This document shows, piece by piece, positions 37,813-46,626 of a stretch of DNA of 64,000 nt. The stretch is from an uncultured Candidatus Saccharibacteria bacterium (lineage in GTDB: Bacteria; Patescibacteriota; Saccharimonadia; Saccharimonadales; UBA10212). The position numbers and the translations under genes were made by a program. Position 1 is the stretch's first letter, and each line of letters starts with the position of its first letter. The stretch covers positions 2,504 through 66,503 of the forward strand of contig CAYWQH010000005.1 in the NCBI GenBank assembly GCA_964460855.1, in the 5' to 3' direction. Under the pieces are notes generated by a model. The model saw only the letters and a program-made list of their open reading frames with translations. It was not told the DNA's origin and searched no databases.

Positions 37813-38487
37813 ATGAAGGTAGGCGTACTAGGAACGGGAATTGTAGGCCGGACGCTGGCCGCTAAACTGGCCCAAGAAGGCAAGCAAGTTATGATTGGCG
37901 GGCGCGACGTCCAAACCTCCAAAAAGTCGGCTACCCGCGATGGCCAAACGCTGGAGCAATGGCTCATCGAAAACCCGGATGTGCAGTTAGGTACGTTTAA
38001 ACAAACTGCCGAATTCGGCGAATTATTATTTAATGCCACCAATGGCATGCATTCCCTGGACGCCCTAAAACTGGCCGGCCCGGAAAGCATTGACGATAAA
38101 ATTCTAATCGATGTAGCCAACCCGCTTGATTTTAGCCACGGCATGCCGCCTTCGCTGGGCATCGTTAATACCAGTTCTTTAGGCGAAGAGGTTCAAAAAT
38201 TGCTGCCGCGCGCCCGGGTGGTAAAAGCTTTAAATACGGTTACGGCGGCTTTGATGGTCAACCCTATGGCGGCAGCGGCCGGCGACCACCACTTAATTAT
38301 TTGCGGCGATGACGACGGCGCCAAAAAATCAGTCAGCAAACACCTTAAAGAATGGTTTGGCTGGCAAAACGTTATTGATTTGGGCGACATCACCAATGCC
38401 CGGGGCAGCGAAATGTACCTGCCATTGTGGGTGCGGCTCATGGGAGTCACTGGCACCCCGCTATTCAACATAAAGATCGTTAAATAA
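37813..38487 (+). CDS. NAD(P)-binding oxidoreductase (NADPH-dependent F420 reductase-like / P5C-reductase fold)
   Basis: 224 aa. N-terminal Rossmann motif MKVGVLGTGIVGRTLA. AGGAGG SD. Confidence 0.6.
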   Translation: MKVGVLGTGIVGRTLAAKLAQEGKQVMIGGRDVQTSKKSATRDGQTLEQWLIENPDVQLGTFKQTAEFGELLFNATNGMHSLDALKLAGPESIDDKILIDVANPLDFSHGMPPSLGIVNTSSLGEEVQKLLPRARVVKALNTVTAALMVNPMAAAAGDHHLIICGDDDGAKKSVSKHLKEWFGWQNVIDLGDITNARGSEMYLPLWVRLMGVTGTPLFNIKIVK

Positions 38488-38675
38488 AGCTTGCAACGAT
38501 CAACTATCAGCGATCAAAAAGCTTCCAATTTTACAATTTTAAAATTCCAACTTTCATTCAATTACCAATAGTTGAATATCCAAACTAGTTAATTAGATAA
38601 TTGTTTTACAGAAAATTATTTGTAAATTGAAAATTGAAAATTTGCTGAGATTTGAAAGTTTAGCGCTGAAAGCTA
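38487..38675. repeat. Intergenic repeat family, copy 3
   Basis: aagcttgcaacgatcaactatcagcgatcaaaaagctt (38487-38524). AT-rich ttcaatt/ttgaaa words. gaaagtttagcgctgaaagcta sits at the far end. Confidence 0.55.
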
Positions 38676-39845
38676 TTTTACGGGTTTGAGCTGGCGGGGG
38701 TCATCGTATTTACGCGTATCGTAATGTTTGTGCGGCATGTGCTCGCGGAGCTTGACTAATATCATGCCCACACCCAGCCAGTAGGCGACTACAAAGGCAA
38801 AGAAATCAACTACCGGAATGAGATACAGCAATATCAGCAATATCGAACCAGCCAGCATGATCAAGATAGGGTTATGCTGGCCGTGCCATAGCCGGCGGCC
38901 TAAATAGTAAGCGCTGAAGATTCCGCTTAGCAGTGAGATGGCCAGCCAGCCAAACAACAGCAGCAATGCCAGTGGAATTCCAACTACCGTTATAAACAAC
39001 AGTACCAGTAAAAATGGCATTATTATGGCCGCCAGCAAGCCGGTTAAAAAGGCCCGCCAAAAAGATGTTATAGCTACGTTAGTAGTATCATGGATGACTT
39101 TCGGAAACAGCGCCACCAATACCAGGGCCATTACCAGCATGGCCAGCGCCAGATAAAACGCGAACCAGGCGGCGCTATGCCACAGCCCGAAATTATTGCC
39201 GCTGCGCTGCTGCGGCTCGGATTTAATGGTTTGGCCGCCAACTACCGCGCCGGGCAAAATGCTGGCGTCATTGTTGCTGGTATACGCCAGGTTGCCGCCA
39301 ACTTTGGCATTCGATCCGAGCGTTAAGTTTTGAATGCGGGCCCGTACATTACGGCCAATTGAATTATGGACAGTCAGCGTGTTGCCGGCTGCCAGTAAAT
39401 CGCGGCCGACGCTGCCATTTAAAGTTATATCCCGGCCAGCCAGGCTTAAATCGCCATCCACTTTACTTTTACCGTCGCTGGTAATGCTTTGCCCAGCGAC
39501 CGATACGTTATGGCTAACCGAACCGTTAAGCGAAATAGTTTGCCCGGCTACCCGGATGTCGCCGTCAACCGTACCGCTGATGTTAATAGTTTGGCCGGCG
39601 CAGATAACGTCTCCGTGCACCGTACCGCTGATATTTATATTTTGCCCGACACAGTAAATATCGCCGTTTACTTCGCCGGCAACGTCGATGTCATGGCCGG
39701 CCATCCATAGTGAACTGTCGATTTTTTCGCCGGCTGCCACACTAGCCGAATTGCCGGATTTAATACTCTGGGCGTGGGCCGCCCCTACTACTAAACAAAA
39801 TAGCCCCACCGTTATCACTGAGACACTCAATAATAAACGACGCAC
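38673..39845 (-). CDS. Membrane protein with N-terminal bactofilin-like beta-helix repeats and a polytopic C-terminal half
   Basis: 390 aa. Signal peptide. Repeats such as GDIYCVGQNINISGTVHGDVICAGQTINISGTVDGDIRVAGQTISLNGSV. Then 5-6 TMs. Confidence 0.55.
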   Translation of the reverse strand: MRRLLLSVSVITVGLFCLVVGAAHAQSIKSGNSASVAAGEKIDSSLWMAGHDIDVAGEVNGDIYCVGQNINISGTVHGDVICAGQTINISGTVDGDIRVAGQTISLNGSVSHNVSVAGQSITSDGKSKVDGDLSLAGRDITLNGSVGRDLLAAGNTLTVHNSIGRNVRARIQNLTLGSNAKVGGNLAYTSNNDASILPGAVVGGQTIKSEPQQRSGNNFGLWHSAAWFAFYLALAMLVMALVLVALFPKVIHDTTNVAITSFWRAFLTGLLAAIIMPFLLVLLFITVVGIPLALLLLFGWLAISLLSGIFSAYYLGRRLWHGQHNPILIMLAGSILLILLYLIPVVDFFAFVVAYWLGVGMILVKLREHMPHKHYDTRKYDDPRQLKPVK

Positions 39846-39911
39846 GCGACACCTCCTGCCCTAATTTGCTATTATTATAACTTTCTTTTCTGGGAACCGG
39901 CAACTAAGAGT

Positions 39912-40625
39912 TTAGCAAGCGTAGTCGCGGTCGGTTGCCCCAATATATTGCGTCAGCCAGGTGCCGCCGCCGGTAATGTCGTGGTCCCGGCAAAATGCCT
40001 TGGCAGTATCTAAGCTTGGTGAGCCGGTGGCCGCCCAGTTAGGCAAATAGTTTTGCCAGCCACCGGTGATTTTTCGCCATTGCTCGGGCGTGCTGTATAT
40101 GCCAATCGTATAGGCTTTTGCATAATCACGTAAAGCATCGATTTCACCGGACAGGCTTTGCTGGTTGTTAGCAAAACTATCGCTCCAGCTATTGACCGTT
40201 TCGACGTCCAGCCACCAGGCCGCCGCGTAAACCGCTTGGCCCAAGGCATAATCGGCGGCATATTTGCCGGCGTTATAACCGTAATTATAAGCCAGGCAAT
40301 TGCCGTCATTTCCGCCGCAATTTTTGGGCCAAAACCGGTATTTGCGGGCAATGTCGTTGCCCGGGTAACCGGTATTTACGTAGAGTGAGAGGTTTTTAAA
40401 ATGGGCGGCTTCGGCGGCCAGGCAGTTATTAGCCGTGTAGCCTTTGCCGCCATTAACGCCAACGACGCCGAAAGCTATTTTATCGGGAATATGGGCTTGG
40501 CAATTAGGCCAGGAAATATCGGCGCCGGCAGCGCCGGAGTTAAGAATACTTTGGGCGGAAGCTGCCCGTCCAACCACTACGGCAAAGATTGATGCGGCAG
40601 CCAGCAAACCAACAAATTTTTTCAT
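39912..40625 (-). CDS. Secreted glycoside-hydrolase-like protein (GH25/DUF1906-like)
   Basis: 237 aa. Signal peptide. GADISWPNC...FGVVGVNGG...WWLDVE pattern. Confidence 0.45.
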   Translation of the reverse strand: MKKFVGLLAAASIFAVVVGRAASAQSILNSGAAGADISWPNCQAHIPDKIAFGVVGVNGGKGYTANNCLAAEAAHFKNLSLYVNTGYPGNDIARKYRFWPKNCGGNDGNCLAYNYGYNAGKYAADYALGQAVYAAAWWLDVETVNSWSDSFANNQQSLSGEIDALRDYAKAYTIGIYSTPEQWRKITGGWQNYLPNWAATGSPSLDTAKAFCRDHDITGGGTWLTQYIGATDRDYAC

Positions 40626-41641
40626 CAGGCCGATTTAATATCTAGCCAGCCGCGTTCAACGCAATCGCGCAGCCCCCAGGCCGGCATAGTTTCGGTGCGG
40701 TAAGCCCAGTAGTACCAACTGTGGGCCCGGCTGAAAGCTTCTAACTGGGCCCGGCCGTATTCTTGCATGGCATTATGCTCGCCGGCTTCGGCCAGGCCTT
40801 TAGTGTCGCCGGGCAAAGCTATGCTCCACTCACCTACCATGACCGGTTTGGTGGCTTCCATATTATCCAGCTGGTGGGTCCATTCGTCGCGGGCCTTGTG
40901 CAAATGGCCGGCTAAATCCAGGGCTTTATCGGTAGTCGAAAATACCTGGTACATATGGGTGTCTAAAACTACATTTTCGTATTGGTCCTTACTCAACACG
41001 GCGTGCCAATCGTATGGCCGGAAACTATCGCTTATAACTACCTCGACATCCGGCCGGGCATGCTTGCGTACGGCGGCATAACCTTTTTCGTAAAAATTAG
41101 TTAGCACCGAAAATTCGACCGTCCAGTGCGGCTCGTTAATAAGCTCGATGCCGGCCAAGTTAGGCCGTAAACCGTAACGCTGGGCCAGCAGCTCTATAAA
41201 AGCCAGTGTTTTATCGATATTTTTAGGCTGCGGCCATTCGATGGGCCCGGTTTTGCCGCTATGGTCCCAGCCATTTTGCGAGCCGGGAGCGGCATGCACG
41301 TCCAGCACTACCTGCATGCCGTGTTTGGCGGCCTGGTCAAATGTAAAGTCAATATAATCGGCGCATTCGGCATAGGGCTCTTCGCCGCCCAACGCCCAGT
41401 AACCTATGGGCAACCTGATGGCCTGGACCCCGGCTCCGGCCAGCCAAGTAAAATCGGCGGCTGTGATAAAAGTGTCGCGGTGCGGTTTTATCCGCTGCAG
41501 CAAATTATTGCCCAGCTCCAGGCAAAATGAGTATTCGTCGATGGCTTTTAAACCATGGAATAAACTGGGCGTTATCCAGCGCTCTAAAACCAGCCACCCG
41601 CCAAAATTTACGCCGCGGCGGGCAGTTGCTTTATTGGACAA
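40625..41641 (-). CDS. Glycoside hydrolase family 5 (beta-glucanase/glucosidase-like)
   Basis: 338 aa. GVNFGGWLVLERW. Acid/base ELINEP. Nucleophile context MVGEWS. Confidence 0.8.
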   Translation of the reverse strand: MSNKATARRGVNFGGWLVLERWITPSLFHGLKAIDEYSFCLELGNNLLQRIKPHRDTFITAADFTWLAGAGVQAIRLPIGYWALGGEEPYAECADYIDFTFDQAAKHGMQVVLDVHAAPGSQNGWDHSGKTGPIEWPQPKNIDKTLAFIELLAQRYGLRPNLAGIELINEPHWTVEFSVLTNFYEKGYAAVRKHARPDVEVVISDSFRPYDWHAVLSKDQYENVVLDTHMYQVFSTTDKALDLAGHLHKARDEWTHQLDNMEATKPVMVGEWSIALPGDTKGLAEAGEHNAMQEYGRAQLEAFSRAHSWYYWAYRTETMPAWGLRDCVERGWLDIKSA

Positions 41642-42092
41642 TAATCGTTCCCCGCTGCGTCGGGTCTTCGTGGTTGTGGTAGCCCCAGGTGCCTTTGTTG
41701 TTTACAGTGAAGGTTTTACTTTGGCCGGAGCTAACAATGCCAACATTAAGTTCGGTATTATCGGTATGAGTTGGGTGCGGGTCAGAATTAAAACTCAGTT
41801 CCCCGGAAGTATTTTTTATAGTTATAGTGGTACCGGCTTTTACGGTTAACGTGGACGGGCTGAAGCTTGAGCCATCGTAAGTAATCGTGCTGCCGGATGA
41901 CGTTTGGTCGGTATTGCTTCCGCTTTGGGTGCTGTTAGTAGCGGGCGTGGTTTGGGTAGTCGATTGGCTGGTAGAAGTTGTTGGAGTAGTTGAGCTGCTG
42001 GAATTATTGCTTTTTTTAGTTAAGGCTAAAACTCCGGCGACAACTAAAACGATAGCGATTATTCCGGTTACGATAATTCCATTCCGACTCAT
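41631..42092 (-). CDS. Membrane-anchored cupredoxin-like protein
   Basis: Start trimmed to MSRNGIIV, 9 nt after AGGAGG. TM, Ser/Thr-rich linker, beta-rich domain with HPTH...HNHE. Confidence 0.45.
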   Translation of the reverse strand: MSRNGIIVTGIIAIVLVVAGVLALTKKSNNSSSSTTPTTSTSQSTTQTTPATNSTQSGSNTDQTSSGSTITYDGSSFSPSTLTVKAGTTITIKNTSGELSFNSDPHPTHTDNTELNVGIVSSGQSKTFTVNNKGTWGYHNHEDPTQRGTIIVQ

Positions 42093-42193
42093 CAAGAACA
42101 TCCTCCTCAGATTTATACTTCCATTATATACGCCGCTATGTTGCGCGGCGACAGGAAAGGCGCATGCACCGTCCGGCCGCAAGTGTCGCCAAC

Positions 42194-42308
42194 AAAAAAG
42201 GGCCCTTGCGGGTCCTTCTTTGTTCGCTGCTACTCCCTTGCGGGAGGAGCCGCTAACCACCTCACGGTGATTACTTACCAGTCTATGCCCAGCCACCGGA
42301 CTTGTCAA
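42194..42308 (-). ncRNA. Promoter plus about 80-nt hairpin-rich RNA with intrinsic terminator (sRNA or attenuator leader of the cupredoxin gene)
   Basis: Minus strand: TTGACA (42303-42308), 17 bp, TAGACT (42280-42285). Two GCAA-tetraloop hairpins (gctcctccc-GCAA-gggagtagc; ggaccc-GCAA-gggccc), the second followed by a U6 run. Confidence 0.35.
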
Positions 42309-42458
42309 ACGTATTATTATATTATATAAAAGCTAGTGTTTATACTTGTGGATAACTTGCATTCTTATATCTTTAATTGTCTAATATGCTTATGCTACAG
42401 CCTGTGGACAATTTTTTAAGCCTCAGCTAGGCCGGACTGAGGACGGGCGGTGCGTGGC

Positions 42459-42698
42459 TTAAACCTCAAACTTCTCTATGTGATCATTTAAGTCTTTGAG
42501 AAACTCTTTAGCCTGCGCCTTGGTCATGGCCACGCGCGTAACCATATTCTGCTGGTCGGTACCGGGCATAGCCTGGGCAAAGTTAAACGTAACGACGTGT
42601 TCGTTGCTGCCGATTAAATAAGTATCAATATAAAATACCGGCACTTTGCTGGCATCCAAACTAAAATTAAGCTGCTTTTTATTGCCTTGATCGGCCAT
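42459..42698 (-). CDS. Small protein, DUF3467-like
   Basis: 79 aa. Pattern FYIDTYLIGSNEHVVTFNFAQ...VTRVAMTKAQAKEFLKDLNDHIEKFE. Confidence 0.4.
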   Translation of the reverse strand: MADQGNKKQLNFSLDASKVPVFYIDTYLIGSNEHVVTFNFAQAMPGTDQQNMVTRVAMTKAQAKEFLKDLNDHIEKFEV

Positions 42699-42728
42699 AA
42701 TTTCTCCGCCTTATGTTAGGTATTATAC

Positions 42729-43196
42729 CTAACCGTTAGCGGGCTGCTGGCCTTCGACCTTTCCCTGGTTAGCGACGGTTTCTACAACAATGTCCACGAC
42801 TTGGCGCGGCACGTAATCGCTTTTGATAATGTACTTTAGCGCTCCGAGTTTAAGGGATTTTTGAATGTCTTCGTCGTCAGCTAAATTAGATAGCATAATT
42901 ACCGGGATATTTTTAAGGTCGGGGTCGTTTTTCATGTCTTGCAGCATTTCGATGCCGTTTTTGCGCGGCATCATAACGTCCAGCAACACTACGTCCGGCT
43001 TAAAGCTGCGGCATTTTTCGAGGCCTTCGACGCCGTCGACCGCCAAGTCTATTTCGTACTTATGGAAGCGGAATATAGTAGCGTAGAGTTCCTGGATCAT
43101 CAGGTCGTCTTCTACCAGCAAAATCTTTCGTATTGGCGAAGAGGCGACAGGATTGGAAGGTGTGTCTTGTGGTGGCATATTGTTATTATTCCACAC
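42729..43196 (-). CDS. Single-domain response regulator (CheY-like receiver)
   Basis: 155 aa. LLVEDD, DVVLLDVMMP and a conserved Lys region. Confidence 0.85.
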   Translation of the reverse strand: MWNNNNMPPQDTPSNPVASSPIRKILLVEDDLMIQELYATIFRFHKYEIDLAVDGVEGLEKCRSFKPDVVLLDVMMPRKNGIEMLQDMKNDPDLKNIPVIMLSNLADDEDIQKSLKLGALKYIIKSDYVPRQVVDIVVETVANQGKVEGQQPANG

Positions 43197-43205
43197 TTGG
43201 CTGGC

Positions 43206-45119
43206 TTAAGCTACTTGAAGCCAAAACGTAAAGGTCGTGCCTTTGCCCGGGGCTGAGCGCTCCAGTTTTATGCTGCCGCCCATCTGTTCGACCAGCAGTT
43301 TACTGATATATAGCCCCAGCCCGGTACTGCGGCCGTCTTCGCGGGTATAGATATTATCGGTAGCTTGCTGGAATTTATGGAAAAGAAGAGCCTGGTTTTT
43401 AGCGCTAATGCCTTTGCCGGTATCGGCTACGCTAATAGCTAGCCTTTTGCCGCTGCGCTGGGCGGTAATTTCTATCTGGCCTTCTTCGGTAAATTTAATG
43501 CCGTTACTAATTAAATTGACTAGCACTTCTTGCAAGCGGCTGGCATCGGCTTTAACCGGCGGGGGATCAACCGGCAAATTAATCCAAATTTTTAAGCCTT
43601 TTTGTTCGGCCAGCTGGCGCATGTGGCTGACGGCATCATTAACGGCAACATGGATATCGACGGCCTCCAGTTGGAACAAAGTTTTGCGCTGTTCGAGGCG
43701 GGTCATGGTTAAGAACTGGTTTACGATAATTACCATCCGTTCGGTTGAATCGTTGATGTTTTCCAGCAAATGGCGGATGTCTTTATCTACGGCTTTGTCG
43801 GGGTAAATTTCTTTGATATTGCTGATGTAGCCTTGGATGATGGTTAACGGCGTGCGCAGTTCGTGGCTGGCGATGGCCACGAACTCGTCTTCGATCCGCT
43901 CCAACATTTTAGCTTTGGTCATGTCTTCAAATAGCAGCACAGTGCCAATCGCACCTTCGGCTCCGCTTAGCCTGATTGCCGCGCCTAAAATGCGGACGAA
44001 TTTATCGCCGATCGGCAAGTCGCTGGCTTCGAATGATTTACGGCTGCGCAAACAATTTTCGATGGATTGTTTCAAATCGTAATTGTCGCCAAATTTTTGG
44101 CTTAGGGCCTCCAGCACCGTCGACTCGCTAAGGTCTTCGCTTAAGCCGCAAATGCGCAGCAGCGCCGGGTTGTAAGTTATTACAGTGCCGTCGTGCAGGG
44201 TCATTAAAAACCCTAGTTCCAAAGTAGCGATCGAGGCGTTCAGGCGGGCTTGTTCTTCGCGAAGCTCCTTGGTACGTAACTCAACTTGGTGTTCGACGCC
44301 TTCTTTTTCCAGGCGCAATTCCTCCGACAATCGGTTAGACATGTTTAAAGCTTTGGTCAGTTTATCTTGGGCAACTTCTAACTGCTGGTTTTTTACATTG
44401 GTGGCTTGCAACGATTTCTTGAGCTCGATTTCCAGTTTGTAACGCTCCGTCAGTTGCTCGTTTAGCTCGTCGTTTACCCGCTTAATACGGGCATCGCGTT
44501 CGGCGACCCGCCGCTCGTTGGCGTCGTTGGCGACTTCGTAGATATATAAAAAGGCCGAGCTTAGCACGACGGCCAACGAAACATATGCCAGGTTATGGGC
44601 GTCGACATACAGCCTTAGTTCGCCGCTATTGCCAATAACGAAACTCACGGCGTTTAAAAACAAAAGTAAAAATGTCCAAATTACGCCAATGTTTTTACCC
44701 AGCAAAAAGTAAGCAAAAATAAGGATCATTGGCTGTAAATAAATGGTACGTGTGGCTGTAGGCGTAAAATAATTGGCGAAAATTACCGCCGTTAAAACGA
44801 TAATCGTACTCCAGTAAAACAGACGGTACCAACCCGTAAAACGGGTTAAAACAAAGTGGCCGGCGATGGCCGCCATTAAAATAATGTCCAGGCTGAAATC
44901 GGCCGGGTCGTGGAGGCCGTAGTCGCTAAAGCTAAGCCCGACCGTATATAAAAAGCCAATCGACGAGGCAAAACATAAAAAGCGCAGCCGCTTGTAGTCG
45001 CGGTCCGTTAGGGTATGCGACCAATTACCGGCTACCAGGTTAAATGGCAAGCTATAAAGCGCTTCTAACCATTGGCGCAAACCGGACGATTTGGCTTTAT
45101 CCACCGGAATTGTTCCCAA
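43206..45119 (-). CDS. Sensor histidine kinase (multi-TM, coiled coil, PAS-like, HisKA-HATPase)
   Basis: 637 aa. H-box ASHELRTPLT. G-boxes DTGKGI and GLGLYISK. Confidence 0.9.
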   Translation of the reverse strand: MGTIPVDKAKSSGLRQWLEALYSLPFNLVAGNWSHTLTDRDYKRLRFLCFASSIGFLYTVGLSFSDYGLHDPADFSLDIILMAAIAGHFVLTRFTGWYRLFYWSTIIVLTAVIFANYFTPTATRTIYLQPMILIFAYFLLGKNIGVIWTFLLLFLNAVSFVIGNSGELRLYVDAHNLAYVSLAVVLSSAFLYIYEVANDANERRVAERDARIKRVNDELNEQLTERYKLEIELKKSLQATNVKNQQLEVAQDKLTKALNMSNRLSEELRLEKEGVEHQVELRTKELREEQARLNASIATLELGFLMTLHDGTVITYNPALLRICGLSEDLSESTVLEALSQKFGDNYDLKQSIENCLRSRKSFEASDLPIGDKFVRILGAAIRLSGAEGAIGTVLLFEDMTKAKMLERIEDEFVAIASHELRTPLTIIQGYISNIKEIYPDKAVDKDIRHLLENINDSTERMVIIVNQFLTMTRLEQRKTLFQLEAVDIHVAVNDAVSHMRQLAEQKGLKIWINLPVDPPPVKADASRLQEVLVNLISNGIKFTEEGQIEITAQRSGKRLAISVADTGKGISAKNQALLFHKFQQATDNIYTREDGRSTGLGLYISKLLVEQMGGSIKLERSAPGKGTTFTFWLQVA

Positions 45120-45234
45120 GCATAAGCCGTATTATAAAGAAAATCGCGGCCAGTGTAATTATTTCAACTGCTCTGGCGCAACGCGGCGATATATACGATA
45201 ATGGTTATGTAAGAAATGGGAGGTAGCGGCGCCT

Positions 45235-45453
45235 ATGTTTATGAGTGACGAAGAAATTATGTCAGCACTTAGAGGCATGGAGCACGACCCCGCACTAATA
45301 ACCGAATCAGCCTACCGGGCAAATACCCAAAAATGGCCGGGCAACCGGATTTCTTTTGTTGATTGCCACATGATGTATTTAAAAACCCACCCCGGCATAA
45401 ACCCCAAACACTATTTAGCCAACCTGCGCTTGCAGCTTCGCAAAAAACCTTAA
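45235..45453 (+). CDS. Hypothetical small protein
   Basis: 72 aa; GGGAGG upstream. Confidence 0.45.
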   Translation: MFMSDEEIMSALRGMEHDPALITESAYRANTQKWPGNRISFVDCHMMYLKTHPGINPKHYLANLRLQLRKKP

Positions 45454-45456
45454 TTA

Positions 45457-45729
45457 TTAATAAGAAGGTTGGGCAACCGACTGGTCGCCGGACGAATTAT
45501 TTGATACCGGGGCGGTAGACTGGAAACTGTCTCCGCCTCCAATTTGGTTCATACTTTCGTCGCTCATGCCGTTTTGAAGCTGGTCCGGCCCGTTGTCGGT
45601 AAGCGGAATAAGTACCCCGTGGTCCGGAGCTTCGGGAACTTTGCTGTCGTTTTGGGTAATTTGCCAGATAAAGCAGCCTGCCAAAACGACAGCCGCCATA
45701 AACATTAAAACCAGTTGCATTCGTCGCAT
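45457..45729 (-). CDS. Hypothetical small secreted/anchored protein
   Basis: 90 aa; N-terminal hydrophobic helix. Confidence 0.45.
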   Translation of the reverse strand: MRRMQLVLMFMAAVVLAGCFIWQITQNDSKVPEAPDHGVLIPLTDNGPDQLQNGMSDESMNQIGGGDSFQSTAPVSNNSSGDQSVAQPSY

Positions 45730-45765
45730 AACATACCAGTATGAATCAGTGTTATTATTCTTTCA

Positions 45766-46626
45766 ATGACCAAGCATAAGCGTAAAACCAAGGGCGGCAT
45801 ATTCGGCCGCCTGCATACCCAGTTTAAGCATTGGCGGCCGCTATACCGGCGGGCAGTTTACCTTTTGCTTTTGGTGGGCGCGCTGGCCATATATTTAAAC
45901 TGGGCTAACGTGCATTTTTACCACCGTTTGTACACCGCCAGGCTGGTGTGGCCCCAGCTGCAACACACTTATTTAATTGGTGATAGCAGCGGGCCAACAG
46001 TAAAGTACGTAGCCTTGGGCGACAGCCTGACGGCCGGCGTCGGCGCCGAAAGTTACGACCAGTCTTACCCCTACATTTTAGCCCGCTGGTACGCCGGCAG
46101 TTCCGGCCGCCAGGTAGAGCTCAGGCCGCTGGCCACGCCGGGCTATAAAACCTCGGATTTAATCAAGCGCCATTTAGATAACGCTATTAAACAACGGCCC
46201 GATATCGTAACAGTATTAATTGGCAATAACGACGTTCACAGCTTGCAGCCTTCGGCCGCCGAGTTCCATAAAAATTACGCCCTAATATTAAAACGCCTGA
46301 CTACCGAAACCAACGCCCGGGTTGTGGTGATGACGCTGCCTTACACCGGTGCCGACACGCTAATATTGCCACCGTACAATTATTACTACCAATACCGCAC
46401 CCACGTGCTCAACCGCGAAATCCGCAGCGTAGCCGCTGAATATAACGTGCCGGTTGTAGATTTATATACGCCAACCTGGCCGCTGGCTACCAACACCGGG
46501 CCGCATTATGCCCGCGACGCGTTCCATCCCTCTTCTTTTGGGTATGCCTGGTGGGCTAGAATTATAATTGATGATGTCCATAAACAATGCGCCTTTCCAA
46601 ACATACGTCCTGATTGCGCTCCTTAG
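45766..46626 (+). CDS. SGNH/GDSL hydrolase with N-terminal TM
   Basis: 286 aa. Block I ALGDSLTAG, block III GNND, block V DAFHPS. Confidence 0.8.
   Translation: MTKHKRKTKGGIFGRLHTQFKHWRPLYRRAVYLLLLVGALAIYLNWANVHFYHRLYTARLVWPQLQHTYLIGDSSGPTVKYVALGDSLTAGVGAESYDQSYPYILARWYAGSSGRQVELRPLATPGYKTSDLIKRHLDNAIKQRPDIVTVLIGNNDVHSLQPSAAEFHKNYALILKRLTTETNARVVVMTLPYTGADTLILPPYNYYYQYRTHVLNREIRSVAAEYNVPVVDLYTPTWPLATNTGPHYARDAFHPSSFGYAWWARIIIDDVHKQCAFPNIRPDCAP

Noticed and set aside
42194-42273. The 80-nt GCAA-hairpin RNA as SRP (4.5S) RNA
   Set aside because: It has an AGCAGC 3-prime strand, but it lacks the universally conserved purine-rich 5-prime strand (AGG) of the domain IV symmetric loop. It also does not form the long end-to-end helix.
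42347-42412. DnaA-box consensus 9-mers (also at 17544 and 20485) as a replication origin
   Set aside because: There are only two boxes per site. No dnaA, dnaN or AT-rich unwinding element is adjacent. The boxes at 17544 and 20485 are part of a duplicated promoter region.
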